Shown piece after piece: positions 9,795 through 18,578 of a stretch of 32,000 nucleotides of DNA. The notes below the pieces were generated by a model that did no database searches, was not told where the DNA came from, and worked only from the letters and a program-made list of their open reading frames with translations. The translations under genes were made by a program, and so were the position numbers. Position 1 is the stretch's first letter. Each line of letters starts with the position of its first letter. Source of the DNA: a cyanobacterium endosymbiont of Braarudosphaera bigelowii (lineage in GTDB: Bacteria > Cyanobacteriota > Cyanobacteriia > Cyanobacteriales > Microcystaceae); assembly GCF_020885515.1 (NCBI RefSeq), contig NZ_AP024987.1, forward strand, positions 1,260,001-1,292,000. Direction: 5' to 3'.

Positions 9795-10340
9795 ATGAGA
9801 CAAAATGGTGTAACTGTTTGGTTAACAGGATTAAGCGGAGCTGGGAAATCTACTATTTCTGACGCCTTAGAAAAAAAATTAAAAAGTTTTGGCTATTCAC
9901 TGGAGATATTAGATGGTGATGTAGTAAGAACTAATTTAACAAAAGGACTGGGATTTTCCAAAGAAGATCGAGATACTAATGTTCGTCGTATTGGTTTTGT
10001 CTGTCAATTATTAACACGTAATAATGTAATAGTTTTGGTTGCCGCTATTTCACCATATAGAAATATTCGTAATGAAATTAGAGAGAAAATTGGAAATTTT
10101 GTTGAAGTATTTATTAATGCACCATTAACAATCTGTGAAACTAGAGATGTAAAAGGACTATATAAAAAAGCTAGAGCTGGTGAAATTAAATCATTTACCG
10201 GAATTGATGATCCTTATGAAGCTCCTTTAAAACCTGAAGTAGATTGTCGCACAGATGTTGAAACACTTGAAGAAAGTGTTGATAAAATTTTGAAGAAGCT
10301 CGAAGAAATGAACTATATAGAAATACCTAGTATAGAATAG
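9795..10340 (+). CDS. cysC: Adenylyl-sulfate (APS) kinase
   Basis: GVTVWLTGLSGAGKSTI P-loop, LDGDVVRTNL, FSKEDRDTNVRRIGFV. ATG at 9795 is preferred over the TTG at 9780. Confidence 0.92.
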   Translation: MRQNGVTVWLTGLSGAGKSTISDALEKKLKSFGYSLEILDGDVVRTNLTKGLGFSKEDRDTNVRRIGFVCQLLTRNNVIVLVAAISPYRNIRNEIREKIGNFVEVFINAPLTICETRDVKGLYKKARAGEIKSFTGIDDPYEAPLKPEVDCRTDVETLEESVDKILKKLEEMNYIEIPSIE

Positions 10341-10696
10341 CAGTTTTAAGAGAATTATTAGAACAAATTATATTGAATGTATTTTTTATTTATCATTAAT
10401 CTTAATTTTTTAGAGATGATAAACTATTTCCTAGATGCTATATTATTTAATAATATATAGGAATTTTTTAGCAATTAAATTCAGACATATATAGTTTCAC
10501 AATTACTTATTAATCATTGTTTTTATCCCTTATTTCTTATGAAAATAAGTAAGACTATATCAAAGAGATATTGTTTATGAAATTTAAGCAATGATTAAAT
10601 TTTTTCTACAAATATTAGAAATTAATATGATTGATCTTACATTAGCTTTTTGATAAAGATTATAATTATCAAATATAAAATGTCAGGAGAGTAAGA

Positions 10697-11278
10697 ATGA
10701 AATGGTTTCGGAAAGTTGGTCTTAATATAAAAAAGAGAATGGACAGATGGACAAATAAATTAAATAGTCCTGAAAAAATTTTAGAAATGGCAACTATGCA
10801 GATAGAGAATGAACTAATTAATATGAGAGGAGCGTTAGCAGAAACAATTGCCAGTTATAAGTTTTCAGAACGTCAACTATCACACTATGAAAACTTATCT
10901 AATAGATTATATCAAAAAGCTGAATTAGCTATATCTCAAGACAACGATTCTTTAGCAAAGAAGTTATTGATAGATCGCCAATCTTACCAGAAGCAAAATC
11001 ATAATATCAAAACTGAATTAGAAGGTCAAAAAGTAATGATTCAAGAACTCAAAGAAAAATTACGAGTATTAGAAAATAAGGGACAAGAAGTAAAAACAAA
11101 AAAAAATATTTATCTCGCGCGTTTACGTTCAGCAAATGCAACGAAAAATCTCAGTGAAATATTAAATAATTTTGAAGAAAATAGCCCAAATAATTTACTT
11201 GAAATAATTGACAATAACATTATGAAATTAGAAGCAGGATCAGCAATTATAAATATGAAAAAGGAGCCTGATATTTAG
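10697..11278 (+). CDS. PspA/IM30 (Vipp1)-family protein, divergent, ended early by an in-frame TAG
   Basis: Collinear with PspA/IM30: SPEKILEMATMQIENELINMRGALAETIASYKFSERQL and KTKKNIYLARLRSANATKNL. AGGAG lies 7 nt upstream of the ATG. The conserved C-terminal tail is encoded in frame after the TAG at 11276..11278 (see findings). Confidence 0.78.
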   Translation: MKWFRKVGLNIKKRMDRWTNKLNSPEKILEMATMQIENELINMRGALAETIASYKFSERQLSHYENLSNRLYQKAELAISQDNDSLAKKLLIDRQSYQKQNHNIKTELEGQKVMIQELKEKLRVLENKGQEVKTKKNIYLARLRSANATKNLSEILNNFEENSPNNLLEIIDNNIMKLEAGSAIINMKKEPDI

Positions 11279-11626
11279 GGAAAACAGTTTACTAAACTAA
11301 AAAATAATGAAAATATTCAGGAAGAATTGTCTAAACTTAAATAGGGTAAAAAAAAAGATCAGATTAGTCTAAGCTCATATACCTTCTTTTAGAGGTGTAG
11401 TAAAAGATAACAGCTTAAGTAAAATCTTAAGATGAGCTAATTTCAATTTTAGAAAGCAAAAATATTATTTAAATGTTTAAATATATTACTCTTATTAGCA
11501 GCATTTTGCATTTAATTTTTTTAACAATTGACTCTTCTTAAAGTTATTTAACTAATTTTTTTTTTCTAGTATTCTAATGGTAAAATAGATGCTGGATATA
11601 TACTCTTAGTCAAAAAGTTCAGTCTT

Positions 11627-12334
11627 GTGTTATCTACTATAGTTACTGATTTTCGTATAATTTTTGATCGAGATCCTGCAGCTCGTAATTGGCTAGAAGT
11701 TCTTTTCTGCTATCCTGGGTTACAAGCTATTATCTTATATCGTTTTGCTCATTGGTTAGATAAATTAAATATTCTATTCTTACCAAGATTAATTTCTCAT
11801 TTTGCACGCTTTTTTACTGGAATTGAAATTCATCCAGCAGCTCAAATTGGTGTTGGAGTATTTATTGATCATGGAATGGGTGTAGTTATTGGAGAAACTG
11901 CGAAAATAGGAGATTATAGTTTAATTTATCAAGGTGTTACTCTTGGTGGAACAGGGAAAGGAAGTGGTAAAAGACATCCAACTATTGGCAAAAATGTAGT
12001 TATAGGTGCAGGAGCAAAAGTTCTTGGAAATCTAAATATAGGAGATAATGTTCGAATAGGAGCTGGTTCTGTTTTATTACGTGATGTACCTTCAGATTGT
12101 ACTGTTGTTGGTATCCCAGGAAAAATAGTTTATCAGTCAGGAGTACGAGTTAATCCTCTTGAACATGGTAATCTTCCTGATTCAGAAGCAAAAGTGATTA
12201 GATTATTATTGGATAGAATCGATTTATTAGAAAAACAATTTCAAGCATTAAAAAGCGAGAAACTAGAACAGTGGGAATTCGTTGACGAATCTAATAAAAT
12301 ATTACATTTAAAGTCAACCTATCATAATAAATGA
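11627..12334 (+). CDS. cysE: Serine O-acetyltransferase
   Basis: [37 protein letters not shown] followed by hexapeptide repeats ([60 protein letters not shown]). GTG start. Confidence 0.92.
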   Translation: MLSTIVTDFRIIFDRDPAARNWLEVLFCYPGLQAIILYRFAHWLDKLNILFLPRLISHFARFFTGIEIHPAAQIGVGVFIDHGMGVVIGETAKIGDYSLIYQGVTLGGTGKGSGKRHPTIGKNVVIGAGAKVLGNLNIGDNVRIGAGSVLLRDVPSDCTVVGIPGKIVYQSGVRVNPLEHGNLPDSEAKVIRLLLDRIDLLEKQFQALKSEKLEQWEFVDESNKILHLKSTYHNK

Positions 12335-12344
12335 CTTTTTAATA

Positions 12345-12926
12345 TTAAAGAATAGAAATACGTTTGAGAGGAAAAAAACGAAAAATAGCACGCCCTATAA
12401 TATTCTTTTCTGATAAGAAACCCCAAACATGGGAATCGTTACTATTATTGCGATTATCTCCCATAACGAAAAGATATCCCTTGGGTACTGTAACTGGTTG
12501 TAAATCATAGTATGGTTTTTGTAAAATATATTTCTCTTCTAATAAAATATTATTAATATAAACTTTTCCATCTTTGACCTTTACAGTTTCTCCACCCACA
12601 GCAATTACTCTTTTAATAAAAGCTTGATTATTTTTATATCCTTGCAGTTTTAGTTGCACTGGAGGCTTGAAAACTACTATATCTTTTGCTTTAAGATCAT
12701 AAAAATAGCGAGAAACTTTCTCAACAATTAGTCGATCACCTACTTTTAAAGTAGGATACATGGATTCAGAAGGAATATAACGAGGTTCGGCGATGAATGT
12801 ACGAATAAAAAAAGCTAAAGCAATAGCAATTAGTAATATCTGCATATTTTCCCAGATTATTACTAATAAACTTTTATATGAATTAGATATATCAGGAGAA
12901 CCATACTTATTTGAATTCCAAGGCAT
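12345..12926 (-). CDS. lepB: Signal peptidase I
   Basis: Catalytic Ser box SESMYPTL, then GDRLIVEK, KRVIAVGGETV and GDNRNNSNDSH boxes. One N-terminal TM. ATG at 12926 is preferred over the TTG at 12932. Confidence 0.92.
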   Translation of the reverse strand: MPWNSNKYGSPDISNSYKSLLVIIWENMQILLIAIALAFFIRTFIAEPRYIPSESMYPTLKVGDRLIVEKVSRYFYDLKAKDIVVFKPPVQLKLQGYKNNQAFIKRVIAVGGETVKVKDGKVYINNILLEEKYILQKPYYDLQPVTVPKGYLFVMGDNRNNSNDSHVWGFLSEKNIIGRAIFRFFPLKRISIL

Positions 12927-13210
12927 ACACAATTTTTTATTTAGTCTATCAGTTATTATATAGCACTAATTACTTAAACTATATTTTACTAAGAGTATAG
13001 ATATATTAGTATGATTCAATTATATAAAGTTCAAAATAGTTTTCATTCAAAATTTACATTATTTTAGATACTTTATATAGCTAATTATAGTTGAGGAGCT
13101 ATTAATGTTAAATAATATTTTAAAAGTCTCAGAAAGTATGATGCTTCATTATATTTGAAAACTATTTACTAGCCAGATACAATGCTAGCAACTAACCAAT
13201 AGTAGAATAT

Positions 13211-14863
13211 TTACACTTTAATGGCAACAAGAAAATCTTTTAACAATGGTGTAATCGCTATGAGGTTCAATGTGATTGTCAACCAATCACCCATTTTTAC
13301 ATATAAAGTTAGTGTGTTCCTCGCATAAATTACTCCTTTGTGTATATCATATGTATTCATTTTCGATATCCACAGGCTATCTCCATTAGGGTTGATAATA
13401 GCAGAGTAACCCGTGTTAGTTGCCTTAGCCATCCATCTATCAGTTTCAATCGCACGAATTACATCTTGGGAATGATGCTGAGCAGACATAATCTGAGTAA
13501 AATGAGCATTATTAGAAGCTGTGATTATATATTCTCCTCCTAAACTTGTTTGATATCGGAAGTATTCACTAAATGCAGATTCGTAACAAATACCTATAAT
13601 AGCCTGGCCTACAGAGGTGTCAAAAATTTGCTTATTTTCTCCTACAATTAAGTGGTTTTCTAATGGAGATAAGCTATAAACGAGTTTTCCTAAAATATTC
13701 TCTAGAGGAATATATTCTCCTAATGGAACCAATTTAACTTTATCAAAGCGACTTAATATTTTTCCATTTTCTACTATGGTGAAAAGACTATTAGTATAGC
13801 CAGCTTTTTTACCGCCTAATGCACCTAGAATAATAGGAACTCTATGTTCTATAACTTTTTCATGCAACAAGCTGTTCCTGAGGATATATTGTATGTTAAA
13901 AGGTAAAGCAACTTCTGGAGTTATTATTAAATCGACTTTCTTGTTTGCTAGAATTTCGTAGCCGTTACTATAATTTTTAAGGGCCCTAATTTTTCCTTCA
14001 TGATTCAACTTAATAGTGTTAGGAATATTTCCTTGTATTATTCCAATTTTAATTTTTTTGTCATTAAAATCTAAAACTCTGTGATTATATAAAAACAAGC
14101 CATATAAATGTGAAGAAGATATGATAATTACGCTTAAAGAAATTAAAAATAAAAATTGCTTTTTATTTTTATCAATTACTAGTATTGATTCTGATATTAA
14201 ACCATTAATTGCAATAATTAGAGCTGTTACTGTTGAGTGACCTGAAAGCTTTGTTAATTGTAAAATAGCTAGGTTATCTGGACTTTGTGTATAAGATAAA
14301 GAAGTCCACCACAAAGGACTTTGATTCCAAATCATCTCTAAGAGACACCAAATTGCAACTCCAAAAACAATTCTTCTAAAAGATTGAGTCAAGGAAGAAG
14401 TCAAAACTTCAGTGTCTTTAAGAGATTTTTTTTTTGTTTTTTTGCAATTAATTTCTTGTATATAATTAATATTATACCAAAGCATAAGGCATGACCAAAC
14501 AAGTACTAATATAATTCCCCAGCATGTTACTAACAACCAACAAGAAGTTGTTATTATAAGACTTGATATCCAGGAAATTCCTATCCATGTGACAGGATGC
14601 AAGCTTGTTATCCAAAATAAACTAAAACCATGATATGAACAGCCCCAAGCTATAGCTCCTAAAATTATTTCACTAATTTTTGTTTTTGACTTTAATCTAC
14701 TTTTCTTGCTTTTTATATCTCTATGGCTTATGTATTTAGTTTTTTCAGATATTATAAATGTCCATAGTGGAACTAATGATACCCATGCAAAATAAAACTT
14801 AGAGAATGGGGCAGTAGCTAAGCCCATTAACAAGCCACTAAAACCTACTAATAAAACTCTCAT
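13211..14863 (-). CDS. lnt: Apolipoprotein N-acyltransferase
   Basis: Polytopic N-terminal domain plus a C-terminal CN-hydrolase domain with the E-K-C triad context (IITPEVALP, KVKLVPLGEYIP, GICYESAF). ATG at 14863 is preferred over the TTG at 14875. Confidence 0.87.
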   Translation of the reverse strand: MRVLLVGFSGLLMGLATAPFSKFYFAWVSLVPLWTFIISEKTKYISHRDIKSKKSRLKSKTKISEIILGAIAWGCSYHGFSLFWITSLHPVTWIGISWISSLIITTSCWLLVTCWGIILVLVWSCLMLWYNINYIQEINCKKTKKKSLKDTEVLTSSLTQSFRRIVFGVAIWCLLEMIWNQSPLWWTSLSYTQSPDNLAILQLTKLSGHSTVTALIIAINGLISESILVIDKNKKQFLFLISLSVIIISSSHLYGLFLYNHRVLDFNDKKIKIGIIQGNIPNTIKLNHEGKIRALKNYSNGYEILANKKVDLIITPEVALPFNIQYILRNSLLHEKVIEHRVPIILGALGGKKAGYTNSLFTIVENGKILSRFDKVKLVPLGEYIPLENILGKLVYSLSPLENHLIVGENKQIFDTSVGQAIIGICYESAFSEYFRYQTSLGGEYIITASNNAHFTQIMSAQHHSQDVIRAIETDRWMAKATNTGYSAIINPNGDSLWISKMNTYDIHKGVIYARNTLTLYVKMGDWLTITLNLIAITPLLKDFLVAIKV

Positions 14864-14933
14864 ACTAACGTTCAATTTTTTATATCGAAATAGATCTAAA
14901 TAAGAAAATTAATATTTATAACAGAAAATATAT

Positions 14934-15461
14934 TTAAAATATACTTTCTGTTGTTAAACAAATAGACATTGCTTTGATATGAGTAATATCTTTTACTTCT
15001 TTTACTGTAGCAATTACACATTCAGCATAGAGTCCTGGATTTAGGCTAGAACGACAAGAATCTAATAAAGTCAATGAGTTTATTAAATTCTTGTCCACAT
15101 TAGAATTAATGTCTGTTTGATTAGGCAATATCCTATGAATGCTAACGACACAGTTTCCTAGATCTATAGGTCTTCTTACCTGAAAACATGCTCTTAAGGA
15201 ATCACTTCCATCAATTTGGCTTATATTTCCTATGATACTGACACATTGAGATAGCTCTTTAGGAATCAGTGCATCAGAACAAGCAGTTGCTGCATCTTCT
15301 CCTGATATCGAGAATTTTTTTAATTGGTTAATACAAACACTATATTGGTTCGAAGAACTTTGTACATTTCCATAAACACTAAGTGGAGCAATATAAAGGT
15401 TAATTACTAACGACCCAATGCAAGCTTTTAATAAGTTAAATCTATGTTTCAGTGAAATCAT
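14934..15461 (-). CDS. Secreted cysteine-repeat protein of unknown function
   Basis: 175 aa with a signal-peptide-like N-terminus (MISLKHRFNLLKACIGSLVINLYIAPLSVYG). There are eight Cys after the predicted signal peptide, including three C-x5-P-x5-C-V units. It lies 58 nt upstream of lnt on the same strand. Confidence 0.6.
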   Translation of the reverse strand: MISLKHRFNLLKACIGSLVINLYIAPLSVYGNVQSSSNQYSVCINQLKKFSISGEDAATACSDALIPKELSQCVSIIGNISQIDGSDSLRACFQVRRPIDLGNCVVSIHRILPNQTDINSNVDKNLINSLTLLDSCRSSLNPGLYAECVIATVKEVKDITHIKAMSICLTTESIF

Positions 15462-15689
15462 TAAGCAAGAATAAAAAATTGTTTACATTTAATAGACCCT
15501 AGTAACTAAAAAAGATTAAATAAAATTTTTTTAAATAATAAGTGAAATTTATAACTTTATAAAATATTACTAACTGATATAATGCCATAAAAGTTTTAAT
15601 AAATTAAAAAAGTTAGCAAATTTCTTAGTTTTTGAATCTAAAGTTTGATAATTTTTTCTGCAAAACTATTGTTTTATTAGTAAGTGCTT

Positions 15690-15701
15690 CCTTTTAAAAG
15701 G
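15690..15701. repeat. Perfect 12-bp palindrome CCTTTTAAAAGG overlapping a perfect Shine-Dalgarno sequence
   Basis: Read directly. AAGGAGG at 15698..15704 is followed 7 nt later by ATG TAT TAA (15712..15720). Confidence 0.6.
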
Positions 15702-15796
15702 AGGTTCTATCATGTATTAACTTAACAATAATCTGCCTATAAAAGTAAATATAATTGTTATTGTCTAATTAAATAGAAAATTAATTTTGATAAACT

Positions 15797-16597
15797 TTAT
15801 AAAAGTGGGTCAAAACGAAAGAAAATGGCAACTTTCAACATATTGTCATCGACTTGCAGATTTAAAATTCTCGCTACTATCCCTTGTTTTTCAAGGGTCT
15901 TCAAGTTCAAATTTTCATTAATCCCTATTGTTAAAAAGTTCAAAAAACGTTTTGACAGTTTTCTCTTATTAAGAGTAGCATTCAAATTTGTTAACTTTAT
16001 TAAATATCCTTTTTCTATCTCGAAGCCAACTTCTGTCGTAATTATTAGTTCATTTTTTGTTTCCTTAGAGGCTGAATCTTCTTCTAATTCAACTTCTAAG
16101 CCTAAATAATCCTTCCTGATAAAATTTATACGTAATGCAACTATTTTGAACTGAGGAGCTTGACGAGGTAATAAATCATTGATCAATTCTTGCAATTTAG
16201 ATTTAATATTCTGTGATTCTAATGCTTGATTAAAATCTTCTTCTTTTATTGTGATTTTAAAAGCACCTTGAAGTGGCTTATTAAAAAATGATCTGAAGTT
16301 TTTGACTTTTCCTCCTTGTTGAATTTGATCAATATTAATATCAATTGGATCAGTTTCTAGCTCAAAGGAATCTATCTTAAGATTTTTAATAACTTCGGCT
16401 TTACGGCTTGCAATAGAAATATTATCAAATTTACCGTTCACTACTTTGTAGCTTGGAGTACTATTAACACGGACTGACAGTTTTTCTACATTTACAATTT
16501 GAGAACGTAATTCATTTTGAATAACATTATCAATAATAAATCCAACAGGAGAAACAGCTGTAATTAAACTGGATAAGAAAATAGTGAACCATTCCAT
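15797..16597 (-). CDS. Hypothetical membrane-anchored protein (DUF2993 / LmeA-like, tentative)
   Basis: 266 aa with an N-terminal TM (FTIFLSSLITAVSPVGFII) and then a beta-rich repetitive domain. The family call is from memory of the general architecture only. Confidence 0.5.
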   Translation of the reverse strand: MEWFTIFLSSLITAVSPVGFIIDNVIQNELRSQIVNVEKLSVRVNSTPSYKVVNGKFDNISIASRKAEVIKNLKIDSFELETDPIDINIDQIQQGGKVKNFRSFFNKPLQGAFKITIKEEDFNQALESQNIKSKLQELINDLLPRQAPQFKIVALRINFIRKDYLGLEVELEEDSASKETKNELIITTEVGFEIEKGYLIKLTNLNATLNKRKLSKRFLNFLTIGINENLNLKTLEKQGIVARILNLQVDDNMLKVAIFFRFDPLL

Positions 16598-16648
16598 AAA
16601 ACAATGATTTTATTAAATATATTTAAAGAAAAATAAAATAACTAGGAA

Positions 16649-16963
16649 TTAATTATCTAAAGTCCATTCAGAGTCCTTATCCTTGAAACTTAAGGGAATA
16701 CTAACAGCTTTCCCCAAACGAGGTCGTTCTTTCGTAGTTTGTACATATGCAATAATCTCTTGTTCACTACCCCAAGCAGTTATATAATTCGCCACAGCAT
16801 CAAAATGCTTAAAATATTCTTGTTCAGTCATTGGGAAAGATGCTTGTTCAAGATACTTCCACATTATTTGACAGAAAATTTGTTCTTTGACTTTTTTTAG
16901 CTGAATATCATAAGATTTATTCCATTTACTATAAAGCAATTCATATAATTCTTTCCCAGTCAT
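16649..16963 (-). CDS. Conserved cyanobacterial hypothetical protein (DUF3067-like)
   Basis: MTGKELYELLYSKWNKSYDIQLKKVKEQIFCQIMWKYLEQASFPMTEQEYFKHFDAVANYITAWG...TKERPRLGKAVSIPL. ATG at 16963 has AGGAG 12 nt upstream. The track start at 17029 adds an unlikely 22-aa extension that overlaps an inverted repeat. Confidence 0.62.
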   Translation of the reverse strand: MTGKELYELLYSKWNKSYDIQLKKVKEQIFCQIMWKYLEQASFPMTEQEYFKHFDAVANYITAWGSEQEIIAYVQTTKERPRLGKAVSIPLSFKDKDSEWTLDN

Positions 16964-17028
16964 CTTATTTTGCAACTCCTTGTTAAAGACTTTCCTAATA
17001 TATAACAAAAGTTCGAAGAATATGGACA

Positions 17029-17067
17029 ATATGTAATCTAAATAATTTAATTAAATAGATTACATAT
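17029..17067 (-). terminator. 12-bp perfect stem-loop downstream of murF and upstream of the DUF3067-like gene
   Basis: ATATGTAATCTA (17029..17040) and TAGATTACATAT (17056..17067) with a 15-nt spacer. No U tract, so the role is uncertain (terminator or 5'UTR structure). Confidence 0.35.
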
Positions 17068-17219
17068 AAAATTATTTTATTAATTCTTTAAATCCTGTTT
17101 GGAAATTAATTACTAGAATGTTTACCTATAAACCTAACCTAAAATAAATTGTATAAATTTAATTTATCTTATAGCTAAAATTTAGTATTTTTAGAATCCT
17201 ATGGTTTTATTATTAAAAT

Positions 17220-18578
17220 TTACATAAAATGTTGATAAACTTGTTCAACTAATAATTTTAGATGAACAGAGTTAGAAGCCTTAAAGAGTACACGGTCCCC
17301 ATCCTTAACTTCGCTAATTAATTGTTCTAGTAATTTTTTTTGATTTAAAAAACAATTTACCTCAATATCTTGAACTCCATCAGCAATAGCCTGAGCTTCA
17401 TCATCACTAATTAGTATATAGAGTATGTCAATTTTTAATGTTTGTGCTGTTTCTCCAACTTCACGATGAAATTGAGAAGAATTTGCACCTAATTCTTTCA
17501 TTGCACCTAAAACAGCAATATGCCTTTTTCCTGGAGTATCTTTAAGCATTTGCAAAGATGCTTTCATTGATTCTAAGCCTGCATTGTATGTCTCATCTAA
17601 TAAAACGATATCTCCTGGTAAACTATATTTTTGTGATCGACCTTGAGGAATTTCAACTTTAATCTGTTTTGTAAGCATTTTCCAATCTAAACTTAAGCTT
17701 TTAACTACTGCTAAAGATGCTAAATAATTAATGGCATTATGGCGACCAACTAAAGGCAAAGGAAAATTCATATCCTCAACTTTCAAAGTTTTATCATTTA
17801 CTAATTTTCCAATAACATCTCCTTGATCTAAACCATAAGTAAGTGTTTTACCTTTCCATACTTGGGATGCTGTTTTAATAAGTAACTCATCGTCATGGTT
17901 AAGAATAGCTATGCTATCAGATGGCATCTCAGATAATAATTCACATTTTGCCTGGGCAATAGCTTCTTTAGAGCCTAATCTTCCAATATGAGCTGTTCCA
18001 ACATTAGTAATAATGCCAATACTAGGTTTAATTATTTTTGTTAATAAACGAATTTCTCCTAAGTTCCTCATACCCATTTCAATTACAGCAAAGTTATGGT
18101 GCTCAGATAATCCTAAAAGAGTACGTGGTACACCAATTTCATTATTATAATTAGCATAAGTTTTATGAACTTTTCCATATGTTGCTAAAGATGCTGCTAT
18201 TAATTCTTTTGTAGTAGTTTTTCCGACCGATCCAGTTATAGCAATAATAGGAATTTTGTATTTATTTCTCCACCAACTTGCTATTTGCTGATAAGCTTCC
18301 AATGTATTACTAACAACTATTTGTGAAATTTTATGTATAGGATCTACCATAGCTTCTTCTTCAAGAATAATAACACTTGCTCCTTTCTCTATTGCTTGTC
18401 TAATAAACAAATGTCCATCAAAGTTTTCTCCATATAATGCTAAGAATGCATCACCTTTTCGAATTTTACGAGTGTCTGTACTAATTGAGCTAATGCTATC
18501 TAATAGTGATAAGTTAAGATACGATTTTTGTTGTTGGAAATTATTCTCTAAAATAGTAACAAGCTCATTAACATTCAT
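17220..18578 (-). CDS. murF: UDP-N-acetylmuramoyl-tripeptide--D-alanyl-D-alanine ligase
   Basis: 452 aa. ISTDTRKIRKGDAFLALYGENFDGHLF (MurF N-domain) and the ATP-binding ITGSVGKTTTKE. Confidence 0.92.
   Translation of the reverse strand: MNVNELVTILENNFQQQKSYLNLSLLDSISSISTDTRKIRKGDAFLALYGENFDGHLFIRQAIEKGASVIILEEEAMVDPIHKISQIVVSNTLEAYQQIASWWRNKYKIPIIAITGSVGKTTTKELIAASLATYGKVHKTYANYNNEIGVPRTLLGLSEHHNFAVIEMGMRNLGEIRLLTKIIKPSIGIITNVGTAHIGRLGSKEAIAQAKCELLSEMPSDSIAILNHDDELLIKTASQVWKGKTLTYGLDQGDVIGKLVNDKTLKVEDMNFPLPLVGRHNAINYLASLAVVKSLSLDWKMLTKQIKVEIPQGRSQKYSLPGDIVLLDETYNAGLESMKASLQMLKDTPGKRHIAVLGAMKELGANSSQFHREVGETAQTLKIDILYILISDDEAQAIADGVQDIEVNCFLNQKKLLEQLISEVKDGDRVLFKASNSVHLKLLVEQVYQHFM

Noticed and set aside
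11276-11278. Possibility that TAG is reassigned to a sense codon in this organism
   Set aside because: TAG is the apparent normal stop of at least six well-conserved genes in this window (cobH, cysC, murE, chlL, bcp, rpmG), each ending at the expected C-terminus.
11372-11438. Possible three-way-junction RNA downstream of the PspA-like gene (outer AGCTCAT/ATGAGCT, inner ACCT/AGGT and CTTAAG/CTTAAG helices)
   Set aside because: The helices are only 4-7 bp, and one relies on a self-complementary hexamer. This is easily produced by chance in AT-rich DNA and I recognise no family.
13340-13543. 67-aa plus-strand ORF inside lnt
   Set aside because: Antisense shadow ORF within the CN-hydrolase domain coding region.
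15825-16109. 94-aa plus-strand ORF opposite the DUF2993-like gene
   Set aside because: It is a low-complexity Phe/Lys/Ser-rich translation of the antisense strand. The minus-strand frame gives a coherent TM plus domain protein.
16964-17029. N-terminal extensions proposed by the ORF track for the DUF3067-like gene here, and likewise rpsU (2794..2808), cobL (8195..8212), cysC (9780..9794), lepB (12927..12932) and lnt (14864..14875)
   Set aside because: The extensions start at TTG, GTG or distal codons, overlap SD sequences or hairpins, and add residues not seen at the N-termini of these families. Internal ATG starts give canonical N-termini.
18538-18541. By my manual base count, an A-run at the line break looked one base too long. 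That would frameshift murF after codon 14.
   Set aside because: The supplied ORF track gives an uninterrupted 452-aa MurF whose coordinates fit a 3-A run. I treat this as my own reading or counting error, not a real frameshift.
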